Shown here in pieces: positions 1 to 8,989 of a stretch of 64,000 bases of DNA. Positions within the stretch are counted from its first letter, which is position 1. Each line of letters opens with the position of its first letter. A program made the position numbers and the translations under genes. The stretch lies in contig JAAYUI010000012.1 in the NCBI GenBank assembly GCA_012517765.1, positions 17,180-81,179 of the forward strand, given 5' to 3'. Below the pieces are notes generated by a model. It did no database searches, was not told the DNA's origin, and saw nothing but the letters and a program-made list of their open reading frames with translations. The DNA is from Caldisericales bacterium. GTDB lineage: Bacteria; Caldisericota; Caldisericia; JAAYUI01.

Positions 1-2902
1 TGGTTATTGACTGGCCCTGCATCATGTCTTTGAAGTTTACTGTCCATGAAGATCCACCCATTGTGGAAGAACTCTGGTCGGTTATAAAATCAACCACAAA
101 CCTGTTCTGCTCTGAACCAGTGTTTTTTATTGTAAACATCTGGTATTTTGCGATTCCGGGTGAAACATCGTTTCTGATAGCAGAGCCACCCTCTTCCCAT
201 TCACACTCGAAGGAGCATGTTGGAGACTCGATGGTAATTTTGTATTTGAGGGCAATTTTCTGAAGACCGGACTGAACGATTATGGTTACTTCACAAAAAT
301 CGCCAGATGTTATTGTTTCATCTGGTTCAACAGTGACCATGACAAGTTCTTCTTTTCCAGGTCTTACGGTCACCCATTTGTCGGTTTTTCCATCTATTTT
401 GGTTGTCCATTTTGGGCAAACATTGTCAATTCTTGCTTGAACCTGAACTTCTTGGGTATCTGTATTTCCAATCCTTATTTTCGTCTGTGCTGTTCTTCCT
501 GGCAAAATTGTTTCTGATATTGACTGTTTTCCATCTTCAAATGTGGCCGAGATTGTCCATGGATTTGGGATAATGGTCTCGTCATGGCACCACTTGTCTA
601 TCTCCATGCCATTCTGGTATAGTTTGACGCAATAATTGTAAACTTCTCCGGCACCAATTTTCTCATCCACAAACTGGACTTGTGGGTTTGACCTGTCAAT
701 GTCTTTCCTCGAAATCTCGACATCGTTCCTGAAAAGAACCACATGAGCATCTGACTCTGGCGGATTAAATGCCACTTCAGGGTTTATCCTGACATCAACA
801 ATAACTTTTGGCTGTCCGGGTTTGGTTTTATCTACCTTCAATGACGCATCCTCGATGCCTCTCAATTCACCACAAGGGCATTCAAAGCCAGCCTGGGCAA
901 CAAACTGGCCACTGGAGAGAACAAACGATTTTTTCTCCTGTTCTATCCCTAAAAAACCAACTGTTCTCTCAAAAGGGTATACAACAGAGACCACGGGGGA
1001 GAAGGCAACCTCAAAAATTCCCGACTGTCTTCCTGATGGGGTATTGAGTATTGGCACTTTCATTGAAAGAGTGCAACCCGGTATTGGCTGAAGCGAAGGC
1101 GGAAGGGGAGGAGTTAAAAATTCTCCAAATTTCTTAGGATTTTGTTTTCTTTCAATCCTCATATGCTTTGGTTTTGGAGAATCATCAATTTTTATGGCAA
1201 AGAGGTCTTTTGATTTCGGGTTCGAATCCTTTGATTCATATCCCAATTCGGAAGCATTTGAAGGGTTGAGCTTGAAAATACCCTTTACAATCTGGCCTGA
1301 TTTCTGCGGGTCATCAGTTGGCTGATAGGGCCTCATGTCAGAGAAATTGAATTCCATCTCTGCAAACTGGTCCTTCATGTCGGGGCATGTCGATGTAGGG
1401 AAGAAACCACACCCACCCTTGAGAGAAAGATCTGCAAAGCTTTTGTCCTGGGAGCTTGCCACTGATACATCAAACAATGACGCGATCATCGGGACAAAAA
1501 TTCTCAGTGTATTGGCCTGTATCTCGTCACACACGGACCTGATGGAAAATTCAGCTTCGCCCATCGTTCTGGCACATGGGGTGCAATTGGGATTTGAAAC
1601 TGATATTTTTCCTGAAATGGAAACGTCAAAATCAAGGAAAGCTGTTCTGGAAGAATTGCTTAAGATATTACCAATGGGCCAGCTGGTTGAAAATTTTGCA
1701 ACCTTGGCATCGAACTTGTTCTTGTATTCCTGTTGGCCTTCAAAACTGACCGGACCAAATTCCAGAAAAAACGGAAAAACGGTTGGATCAAAGATGTCGC
1801 CATTTCCAAGATCAACAAGGGCAACCGATGTAAATGGTTTTATCTTAATTGTCAGCGGGTCGTATAAAACTTTGTAAGCCCTTATGTTGCCTGTCTGCTT
1901 CATCCAGATAGAAAAATTAGTTTTTGAGAGCTTGCGCCCCATAGGATCAATAACATCCATTATTGGAGTTACAATGTAGTCTTTACCAGATGGCACAAGC
2001 ATTTTCGCACCAGTCATGAATACGTCTAGAGGGCTGTCTGTCTTGATTTCCTCAACCGCAGAGACTCTTACGACCGGACCAATCTCGCCCATCGCTGTAA
2101 GAGATTGCGGCTCAAGGCATCTCCTTACTTTGGCTGGCTCGGAAAGCGCAAAAAAGATTTCAATCCTTTTCTCATTTCCATCCCAGTTGACCTTCCCGCC
2201 AAGTGATTCAACAATGAACCTAAAGGGAAGCATGGTGTTAGAGTTCTTGATCAGGGGCACGATTGCAGGATTGGAGGCAAGAATTGGTTTTTCAACCCCA
2301 TCAACTTTTGCAGTGTTTTTGCCAATGGTCAGCATTACAGAATGGTTCTGCAGGTACACAGTTGCAGTTTTGGTTGCTCCGTCCCATGAAAGCGAACCAC
2401 CAGCCGCTTCTATGATTGGCCTGATCGAAACAAACGTTGAACCATTAATAATTTCAGGGGCAGTTTTGATTGTCGTTGACTGGCAGTCAACGACCATGTC
2501 GAATTTGTTTATCCAAAGTTTGATGACCATTTGTGAAAAATCTTCGCAATCTTTTGGAAGATAAACTGGAAGCATGGCCGATCTGTGGGCAATCCTGCCA
2601 TCTTTTCCAACAACAAGGAGCCCGTAAATATGGGGACCCGGAGCTGGCTTGTCGGTAAAGGTGGTTTCAGAAGGAAGAAGTGTTGCCACCGGCTTGGAAT
2701 TTGGGCCACTAAAATCCCTGTACAAGTAGATAGTGGAGGCTTGCTGTTGTGGCCAGGAAAGAACTATCTGGCCTTTTGATGCCACTGCCGAAAGCTGGAC
2801 AAGATATGGTGGTATACCATTTTTCGAGAGCGAAGGTTGCGGGAAAACTATTGAAGCAGAAAAAAGAAGAACTGCCAACAATAACGAAAGGTTTTTCCTC
2901 AT
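1..2902 (-). CDS. Large secreted multidomain protein with FN3-like and copper-amine-oxidase-N-terminal-like (stalk) domains; N-terminus present, C-terminus cut by the window edge
   Basis: It is absent from the ORF track because it has no stop inside the window. My manual translation of the minus frame from ATG 2902-2900 (GGAGGAGA SD directly upstream) to nt 2 shows no stop, and the track lists no fragments in that frame. The N-terminus MRKNLSLLLAVLLFSASIVFP is signal-like. INGSTFVSIRPIIEAAGGSLSWDGATKTATV ... NTMLPFRFIVESLGGKVNWDGNEKRIEI matches the Cu_amine_oxidN1-type double repeat. Confidence 0.75.
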   Translation of the reverse strand, partial: MRKNLSLLLAVLLFSASIVFPQPSLSKNGIPPYLVQLSAVASKGQIVLSWPQQQASTIYLYRDFSGPNSKPVATLLPSETTFTDKPAPGPHIYGLLVVGKDGRIAHRSAMLPVYLPKDCEDFSQMVIKLWINKFDMVVDCQSTTIKTAPEIINGSTFVSIRPIIEAAGGSLSWDGATKTATVYLQNHSVMLTIGKNTAKVDGVEKPILASNPAIVPLIKNSNTMLPFRFIVESLGGKVNWDGNEKRIEIFFALSEPAKVRRCLEPQSLTAMGEIGPVVRVSAVEEIKTDSPLDVFMTGAKMLVPSGKDYIVTPIMDVIDPMGRKLSKTNFSIWMKQTGNIRAYKVLYDPLTIKIKPFTSVALVDLGNGDIFDPTVFPFFLEFGPVSFEGQQEYKNKFDAKVAKFSTSWPIGNILSNSSRTAFLDFDVSISGKISVSNPNCTPCARTMGEAEFSIRSVCDEIQANTLRIFVPMIASLFDVSVASSQDKSFADLSLKGGCGFFPTSTCPDMKDQFAEMEFNFSDMRPYQPTDDPQKSGQIVKGIFKLNPSNASELGYESKDSNPKSKDLFAIKIDDSPKPKHMRIERKQNPKKFGEFLTPPLPPSLQPIPGCTLSMKVPILNTPSGRQSGIFEVAFSPVVSVVYPFERTVGFLGIEQEKKSFVLSSGQFVAQAGFECPCGELRGIEDASLKVDKTKPGQPKVIVDVRINPEVAFNPPESDAHVVLFRNDVEISRKDIDRSNPQVQFVDEKIGAGEVYNYCVKLYQNGMEIDKWCHDETIIPNPWTISATFEDGKQSISETILPGRTAQTKIRIGNTDTQEVQVQARIDNVCPKWTTKIDGKTDKWVTVRPGKEELVMVTVEPDETITSGDFCEVTIIVQSGLQKIALKYKITIESPTCSFECEWEEGGSAIRNDVSPGIAKYQMFTIKNTGSEQNRFVVDFITDQSSSTMGGSSWTVNFKDMMQGQSIT

Positions 2903-3159
2903 TTCTCCTCCTTTTTGCTAGAAAATAACCGCATTTCTTCACGAATCAAGCAATTTTGAATTGTGATAAAATGTTTTTTTTCTGAAACAATCTGTCCCAT
3001 TTAACACTGTAGCAAATGGGAAGAAAAGTTTAACAATAGGAGTAAAATATCATTTTGACAGCATTAGCGCACCATAAAAATTTCACAAATTCATTACAAA
3101 ACCAGTAAGATAAAAGATTTAATTTAAAATTTGTAAAAATTGGTCACCTAGAACGATAT

Positions 3160-4611
3160 TTAATCTTTGCTGGAAATATTTGTTGCGCAAAACAGGACTG
3201 TTTTCGATTGTGTTTCCGAAGTTAAAACAATTCTTGTCTCCCTGTAATGCTTCCCTTGAAACAATACTTTTATTGGTATTGTTGTTTTCTGTCCTGGTGA
3301 ACACCTGATTATTCCTTTATCTATTATGGCCCAATCTTTTTCAGGGCGGGCGTAAAATGATGCCCAGGAACCACCGGTGTTCGATACTTCAAGCAAAACG
3401 GTGCCATCACCACTCATTTCAACCTCATCAACACTCTTGCAATCAAGTTTGGGCAGGTCGCTTCCCTTATAGCAAACAAGGCCCTGTTTGGCAAACACTA
3501 TCACAAAACCATTTCCTGTTTGAACAGGCACCGTCATCGGTTGACCATCGAGCTTCATGGATTCATATAAAAAACCATCTCTTGTGTCAATGACAGAAAT
3601 TGTAGATGAAGCCCCTTTCGAAAGGACAAGCGCTTTCTTGCCACATACAAGGCAGCCCATGATGCTCCCTTTGGCAAATTGGAGGTTCCAGAGCATTTCC
3701 CCATTTTCATCCACGCGAGCAACATTCTCCCTGCCTGGCAAAAGAAAATCACCCTCAAAGTAGCATGCCGCCCTTGGGTATGTCGATCCGCCATCAACCG
3801 AACATTTCCACTCAAATTCCCACCTGGAAAAAAAGCGGTTGTATGAAAACAGCCTGAAAACTCCGTCCCTGCAGAGAAAAAGGGCCTTGTTTTTGTCTGG
3901 AACTGTTATGATCGGCCCAAGTGAAGTGTTCATTTCTTCTGGAATGTTTGCGATCATTGAGCCGCTGGCATTCATCGGAGCCGGACACAAAAAACTGTTG
4001 TCCTGGCAAAGCGCAGGTGATGTTGCCCAAAACGGGTTTTTGCTCTCCCAGACTACTCGCCCTGTCATGGCGTCAATGCAGGAGATGGACCTTCTGGCCA
4101 CAGGGACAATAACGGCTGGAACGACAGTGCCACTTATCAAAGGTGAAACGTAAAAGATGTCACAATTATTGCCAAATGTTTTCCACCATAGGAATTTGCC
4201 ATCGCTTACCGAGAGGCAAAAAACAGTGTCGTTGCTGGTTGCATAAACCATGTTGCGAAAAATTGCCGGAGAGCCTTCAAAATCTTTTGGATGCAACGGA
4301 AGCACAACTTTTTTGGGTTTCGGGATCACAGAATCAGAAAAACTCCAGATAAGGCTTCCATCAATGGCATCAAAACAAACCACTCTGAATTCAAAAGGTT
4401 TTCTTAATTCCTGGTATTTGAGGACTATTTTATTTTCAAAACAAACTGGTGTGGAAACTCTTATTGAACCATCCGAGAGAGGACTTTCCCATGATTTTGA
4501 AAATTTCGGCCATAAACTGGTGCTGGTTGCATTATGGTGCATTGGCGAACCACCAAAAGTTGGCCAGTAAAGTGCTGCGGTAAGCGCCAAAAAAGCGGCA
4601 AAAAACCTCAA
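3160..4611 (-). CDS. Secreted PQQ-like/BamB-type beta-propeller repeat protein with C-terminal Ig-like domain
   Basis: 483 aa. The TTG start overlaps the upstream TGA (TTGA junction). The N-terminus RFFAAFLALTAALYWP is hydrophobic. Repeated D/NGxxxW motifs (DGSLIWSF, DGKFLWWKTF, TGRVVWES, NGEMLWNLQF) are typical of PQQ-like propellers. Confidence 0.8.
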   Translation of the reverse strand: MRFFAAFLALTAALYWPTFGGSPMHHNATSTSLWPKFSKSWESPLSDGSIRVSTPVCFENKIVLKYQELRKPFEFRVVCFDAIDGSLIWSFSDSVIPKPKKVVLPLHPKDFEGSPAIFRNMVYATSNDTVFCLSVSDGKFLWWKTFGNNCDIFYVSPLISGTVVPAVIVPVARRSISCIDAMTGRVVWESKNPFWATSPALCQDNSFLCPAPMNASGSMIANIPEEMNTSLGPIITVPDKNKALFLCRDGVFRLFSYNRFFSRWEFEWKCSVDGGSTYPRAACYFEGDFLLPGRENVARVDENGEMLWNLQFAKGSIMGCLVCGKKALVLSKGASSTISVIDTRDGFLYESMKLDGQPMTVPVQTGNGFVIVFAKQGLVCYKGSDLPKLDCKSVDEVEMSGDGTVLLEVSNTGGSWASFYARPEKDWAIIDKGIIRCSPGQKTTIPIKVLFQGKHYRETRIVLTSETQSKTVLFCATNISSKD

Positions 4612-7600
4612 GGCAGGGTCTCACCCTCCTTTACTTCAACCACAAGGGCTTCAGGCTTGAAATGTTCGATTTCTTTTGACTTTGAATCATAGATGGTGGA
4701 GCTCTGGCAATCAAATATTGCTTCGCCCTTTTTCTTGGCGTGCAACCTAATCTTGAGCACCACACCCTCACCATCCACGCCTGGCAAAGAACCAATCCTT
4801 ACAGGCCCGGTAACAAGAATTTCCCCCTTTGCCACCTCACTCCAGTAGAAAGCAGTATTTGTGCCATCACCGCTAAAGAAACCGCCATCTTCTATGCTTA
4901 AAATATCCAGCTTCGATGGTTGATAGACAAAATAGAACCTGGAACCTGTCAATCCCTTCGCATCTTTTATCTTCAGAAGGACAGTAAATTCGCTTCCCTC
5001 TTTAGCATCACCAGAAAGTTCGAAATGGAGTCTAGGGGGCTTTTGAGCTTCACCTTCAAGAATGATTTCGAGTGGCAGCTCAATTTTCCATGATGGATAA
5101 CCTGAGGGTTCAATTGTTATGATATCCCTGAGCTCCTGTCCTGGTGATGCGTCCTCAGAAACAACAACAGAAAACCTGACCTTGAAAGCATCACCAGGCA
5201 TCAGTTTTGGGGTCGTAGTCTCGTGGGCCAGCCCGTCAAGGGTGGTGAAACCAAAATCCTCAAAACCAGGTGGTATGTTTTCTGGCGACTTGAGCCTGAA
5301 TTCGACTGGAACACCAACATGATTTGCAACCACCAGATCAATATCTTCGCGCCTCTTCTGCTCCAGGTTGACCGTTTTTTTTACATAGGGTGGGTCCACC
5401 TGTTTGTCTTTTTTCTGTTTGAGAGACTCCAGATCAAAGCTCAATTCAAGCTTTTGACCAGGTAAAGCCACAATTTGCATTACATAATCCGGATATCCGT
5501 TTAATGAAGCCTTTATTGTCCTGAGCCCGGGCTCAAGCTGTATTGTGGCCGGGCAGGTGGCAGTGGCCTTGCCATCAACATAAACGTAGGCGCCTTTCGG
5601 GATGCTGGAAACCTTTGTTTCAGCTTTAGTTGGCACAATTTTTTGCAGAAAATACTGGACTTTTGCTGGAGATGGCGGCACATCGACGTAGGTTTCGAAA
5701 GTTTCATAACCTTCTGCGTAGATCTTTACATGGTACTTCCCGGCCACAAGATGGTAAAGTGATGTTGGTGCAACACCATGTGGAGAATAATTCACCATCA
5801 CCTTGGCACCAACCGGGACTCCAGAGATGTCGATTTGTTCCCTGCCCCAATAGGGGAGAGGAAAATTGACAAGTATTGATTGTGATTTTGCATACCAGCC
5901 AAGTGCTCCACCGAAGGCCTCAGTAACCGATCTCAGAGGGATAAAAGTCTGGCCATCTTTTATGATTGCAGGTTTGGCCATTGGCACTTCCTGGCCATTT
6001 ACAAGCATCTTTTCTTTCCCGACAACTATCTCCACATTTTTGTCCTGGAACCCTATCTTGGCCAGCTGGGTTTGGGTCTCCCATTCAAAATCGCATGGAA
6101 GGGCATCGAGAAAGACCCTAAGTGGCACCATGGTCACACCATCCAAAACAAAAGGCGCTACCGGAAGATCATTCATCCTACTTCCAATCCACGAAGTCTT
6201 TCTTCCAATCCCCAACCTGACAAGCAACCTTCCAGGATCATTGAGGGTGGCAATCATTTGGACAGTGCTTCGCCCAGCAATTGAACTAACCATCACCTCT
6301 GCTTCATATGTAAAACCCTTGCTCATGCATGTTGTATTGAGGCTGACTGGAATATCACCTATTGAAGAAAAATCGGCACTCTGCTCCCCGGAAAATGAAA
6401 ATGGATTGCAGGATTCGATTGCCGTGATCGTAGCAGTTCCGATAATTGCCGTTTTTGCTTCATTGCCAATTGGAAGCGGAAGGGAGAGGTTACCCTCCAC
6501 AAGACCAAAATCAATAACTGGCGGAACAACAAGCTTTGGTGTGGGAGGAACAGGAGGATCAGGAATCCCTACAAAATAAACCTCTCCGACAGCAACAGCG
6601 TCAGTTTCTGATCTCCCAAGAAACCCGAATGGCGAACATGTTATGTTTCCAAAAGATGGTTCGAGAGAATTGCCCCTGTTATTTATCTTGCCAACAACCG
6701 GCCAGTTTGGCTGGTTTGGTTCAATAAGGACATACGGCTCCCCTCCAAAGACAAACTCCATTCCAAATCCGGCTGGATCGGAGAAAAAGGAAAATTTTCC
6801 ATCGCATGACACACCCACAGACTTGTGGGCAAGCTTGGCCTTTACATCTCCAGTTGCAGTTTCAAAAGTAATAGCACCTGGATGCTCCATCCCGTTGTCA
6901 TTGAGAACAAGATATTTTCCATCATCCGTGACAAGATCGGTAGAAGAAACGCTGCTCACGGTGGCAGTTATCGAGTATTTGGTTGTTGCTGTAATCAAAA
7001 GCTTGAAGTTCTTCCCGTCTGAAGAACAGGTATAAACGCCATGTTTTCCGCTCTGACCGATTTCAGCCTTAAAAAAAACCTTCCCCGTCTCTCTGGCGAT
7101 ACCTATCGGGGCCAATATTTTTCCTGCACCGGTTTTTGGGTAATAGAATTTCTTCCCGTCCCACCTTGGCCTGCTAAGGAAAAACAACCCTGCGCCATTC
7201 GTTCCCATTGAAACAAGTGAAATGCAGGAGCCACTCTTTCCAGGGGTCACTATTTTCCCCAAACAAATGCCAACAAATTTTGATCCGTCAGCATTCAGCC
7301 TGAACCATAGCAGGTCCCATTTCATTTTTATTCCGTCATAGATAGTGTCAGGAACCATAGCCGTTTTGGCAGATTTGCCATTCAGGTTGAGCATCACAAG
7401 ATACCTTCTGCCGGAGGACATACCAATAAATCCAACGTGATCTCCCCTTTTGGGCAACTGTGGTTCTGACATGACCTTTATCGTCCCAGGATATGTTTTT
7501 GGACCGGCAAGATCGCCTGGCTGAAAGAGTGTTGATATCCTCGTCACCCTCAGCATGGAGGGTTCAATATCCAGGAGAACAAGCTCTTTTGAAGGCCCCT

Positions 7601-7829
7601 GGATAACCATCTTTCTCAGATCGGCAGTACATGTTGTTGCAACTTTTTCAAGCTTCCATGCCGTGAGTCTCTGCACCCTTGTTCCAACAGATTCTATATT
7701 ATTCCCGTTCACGCCAACTGGAGCAAAAGCGAACGCAAGCAATACTGCCAGAAAAAACGCGATTCTGTGGCAACAGCTTTTACACAACATCAAACCTAAA
7801 ATTTTCCCCTGTATATTCTCTCGGCCCAT
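4608..7829 (-). CDS. Giant secreted mosaic protein: propeller-like N-region, copper-amine-oxidase-N-like domain, two PEGA-like modules, C-terminal cohesin-like domain
   Basis: 1073 aa. Signal peptide MLCKSCCHRIAFFLAVLLAFAFAPVGVNG; the alternative ATG at 7790 would avoid a 34-nt overlap with adh. Stalk-domain block: VLDGVTMVPLRVFLDAL ... IIKDGQTFIPLRSVTEAFGGALGW. PEGA-like: GAKVMVNYSPHG..KIYAEGYETFETYVDV and GAYVYVDGKAT..IKASLNGYPDYVMQIV. Cohesin-like: FELSGDAKEGSEFTVLLKIKDAKGLTGSRFYFVYQPSKLDILSIEDGGFF..GEGVVLKIRLHAKKKGEAIF. Confidence 0.85.
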   Translation of the reverse strand: MGRENIQGKILGLMLCKSCCHRIAFFLAVLLAFAFAPVGVNGNNIESVGTRVQRLTAWKLEKVATTCTADLRKMVIQGPSKELVLLDIEPSMLRVTRISTLFQPGDLAGPKTYPGTIKVMSEPQLPKRGDHVGFIGMSSGRRYLVMLNLNGKSAKTAMVPDTIYDGIKMKWDLLWFRLNADGSKFVGICLGKIVTPGKSGSCISLVSMGTNGAGLFFLSRPRWDGKKFYYPKTGAGKILAPIGIARETGKVFFKAEIGQSGKHGVYTCSSDGKNFKLLITATTKYSITATVSSVSSTDLVTDDGKYLVLNDNGMEHPGAITFETATGDVKAKLAHKSVGVSCDGKFSFFSDPAGFGMEFVFGGEPYVLIEPNQPNWPVVGKINNRGNSLEPSFGNITCSPFGFLGRSETDAVAVGEVYFVGIPDPPVPPTPKLVVPPVIDFGLVEGNLSLPLPIGNEAKTAIIGTATITAIESCNPFSFSGEQSADFSSIGDIPVSLNTTCMSKGFTYEAEVMVSSIAGRSTVQMIATLNDPGRLLVRLGIGRKTSWIGSRMNDLPVAPFVLDGVTMVPLRVFLDALPCDFEWETQTQLAKIGFQDKNVEIVVGKEKMLVNGQEVPMAKPAIIKDGQTFIPLRSVTEAFGGALGWYAKSQSILVNFPLPYWGREQIDISGVPVGAKVMVNYSPHGVAPTSLYHLVAGKYHVKIYAEGYETFETYVDVPPSPAKVQYFLQKIVPTKAETKVSSIPKGAYVYVDGKATATCPATIQLEPGLRTIKASLNGYPDYVMQIVALPGQKLELSFDLESLKQKKDKQVDPPYVKKTVNLEQKRREDIDLVVANHVGVPVEFRLKSPENIPPGFEDFGFTTLDGLAHETTTPKLMPGDAFKVRFSVVVSEDASPGQELRDIITIEPSGYPSWKIELPLEIILEGEAQKPPRLHFELSGDAKEGSEFTVLLKIKDAKGLTGSRFYFVYQPSKLDILSIEDGGFFSGDGTNTAFYWSEVAKGEILVTGPVRIGSLPGVDGEGVVLKIRLHAKKKGEAIFDCQSSTIYDSKSKEIEHFKPEALVVEVKEGETLP

Positions 7830-8923
7830 TTTTTATCAAAACCAGGATAGCCTGGCATCTCTTCCCCTTTGCCTTTCTGCGCAAAAAGATCATCAACCAT
7901 CGTCGAGACCGATGATCCAGGGATGTCAAGCTTCTCAAGTGTTGTATCACAGCCAATACTTTCCAGAAAACCTGCCGGATCAGGCATGAGATTGGTTGTG
8001 AACATGTGGTGCCTCTCCGGGAAATTCTCCCTGAAGTATGAAAGTGCAGGGAGAAGGAGGTAGGCCAACCCCAGGCCATGCGGGATGTCAAAGTGCGCTG
8101 ACATTACATGCTCCATCCAATGAAGCAAAAAACCACCCGGTCTTCCACCATTTGGCATTCCGGAGAGCGCGACTGCAGAAGCCCACGAGAGCTGTGTCCT
8201 TGCTACAATATCGTTCCCGTCGGCAAGCGCAAGCGGAAGATATTTCATGACTGTTTTTACGACGCCTTCACTAAAGTAGTCAGGTATGGGGCAATGGGCA
8301 TCGTTTGTTCCAAGATACGTTTCAAGGACGTGGATCATGATGTCGATGCCACCCCAGGCCGTCACATTACGATTGCACGTTGTAGTCAAAACAGGGTCTA
8401 TTATTGAAATGGCAGGGAAGAAAAACGGCGAATATGCCCCAAACTTCTGTTTCATGGTCCAGTTGGTTATTACCGCACCGCCATTGAAATCGGATCCCGT
8501 TGCCGCAAGAGTCGGCACCATGATGATTGGTAAAGCCTTTTCTACAGGATATACCCTCGTGACATGGTCCCAGGCCGGTTTTCCTGAAATAATAGACGCT
8601 GATGTCAGTTTTGCCGCATCCATGACAGAACCGCCACCAACAGCTATGACTGCATCGCAACCAGCCTGCCTGCCCAGGCTTGCAGCCCTGTCACAGGTGT
8701 CGTCCCTCGGGTTTGGTTCAACGCCAAAGAACTCGGTAACTTTGAGGTCATTTGAAGAGAGCATCGATTTTACTTTATCAGAAAGCCCGGAGGTTTTGGC
8801 AGACGATTTTCCATACATCACAAGTGGATGTTTGCCTATTTTTGAGGCCTCACTGGCAAGCTGGGACAATACTCCAACGCCAAATATTACTCTGGTCGGA
8901 TTGTGAAGTGTCAGGTTTATCAT
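7796..8923 (-). CDS. Iron-containing (group III) alcohol dehydrogenase, butanol dehydrogenase/YqhD-like
   Basis: MINLTLHNPTRVIFGVGVLSQL is a canonical Fe-ADH N-terminus. GGGSVMDAAK is the NAD(P) motif and HVMSAHFDIPHGLG is a metal-binding His cluster. The track start at 8986 is an upstream TTG, so ATG 8923 is preferred. Confidence 0.9.
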   Translation of the reverse strand: MINLTLHNPTRVIFGVGVLSQLASEASKIGKHPLVMYGKSSAKTSGLSDKVKSMLSSNDLKVTEFFGVEPNPRDDTCDRAASLGRQAGCDAVIAVGGGSVMDAAKLTSASIISGKPAWDHVTRVYPVEKALPIIMVPTLAATGSDFNGGAVITNWTMKQKFGAYSPFFFPAISIIDPVLTTTCNRNVTAWGGIDIMIHVLETYLGTNDAHCPIPDYFSEGVVKTVMKYLPLALADGNDIVARTQLSWASAVALSGMPNGGRPGGFLLHWMEHVMSAHFDIPHGLGLAYLLLPALSYFRENFPERHHMFTTNLMPDPAGFLESIGCDTTLEKLDIPGSSVSTMVDDLFAQKGKGEEMPGYPGFDKKWAERIYRGKF

Positions 8924-8989
8924 GCCTTTATGATATAATCCAATCGAAAGCGTTGCAACCTTAAGGAGCAAAGCGTAAAATACCAAGCA

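Noticed and set aside
4620-5050. A cellulosome-like system implied by the cohesin-like module.
   Set aside because: No dockerin-type duplicated Ca-binding segment (DxNxDGxxxxxD twice) and no glycoside hydrolase were found in any protein of the window. The cohesin-like call is kept only as a domain observation.
5866-6579. Antisense ORFs of 180-270 aa inside large genes. Besides this one, they occur at 1335-1877, 2016-2564, 8286-8906, 33214-34023, 33644-34225, 38079-38642, 48991-49554, 49947-50504 and 56079-56711.
   Set aside because: Each is fully contained in, and antisense to, a gene with strong family motifs or a signal peptide. The translations are low-complexity, and no RBS or start context supports them.
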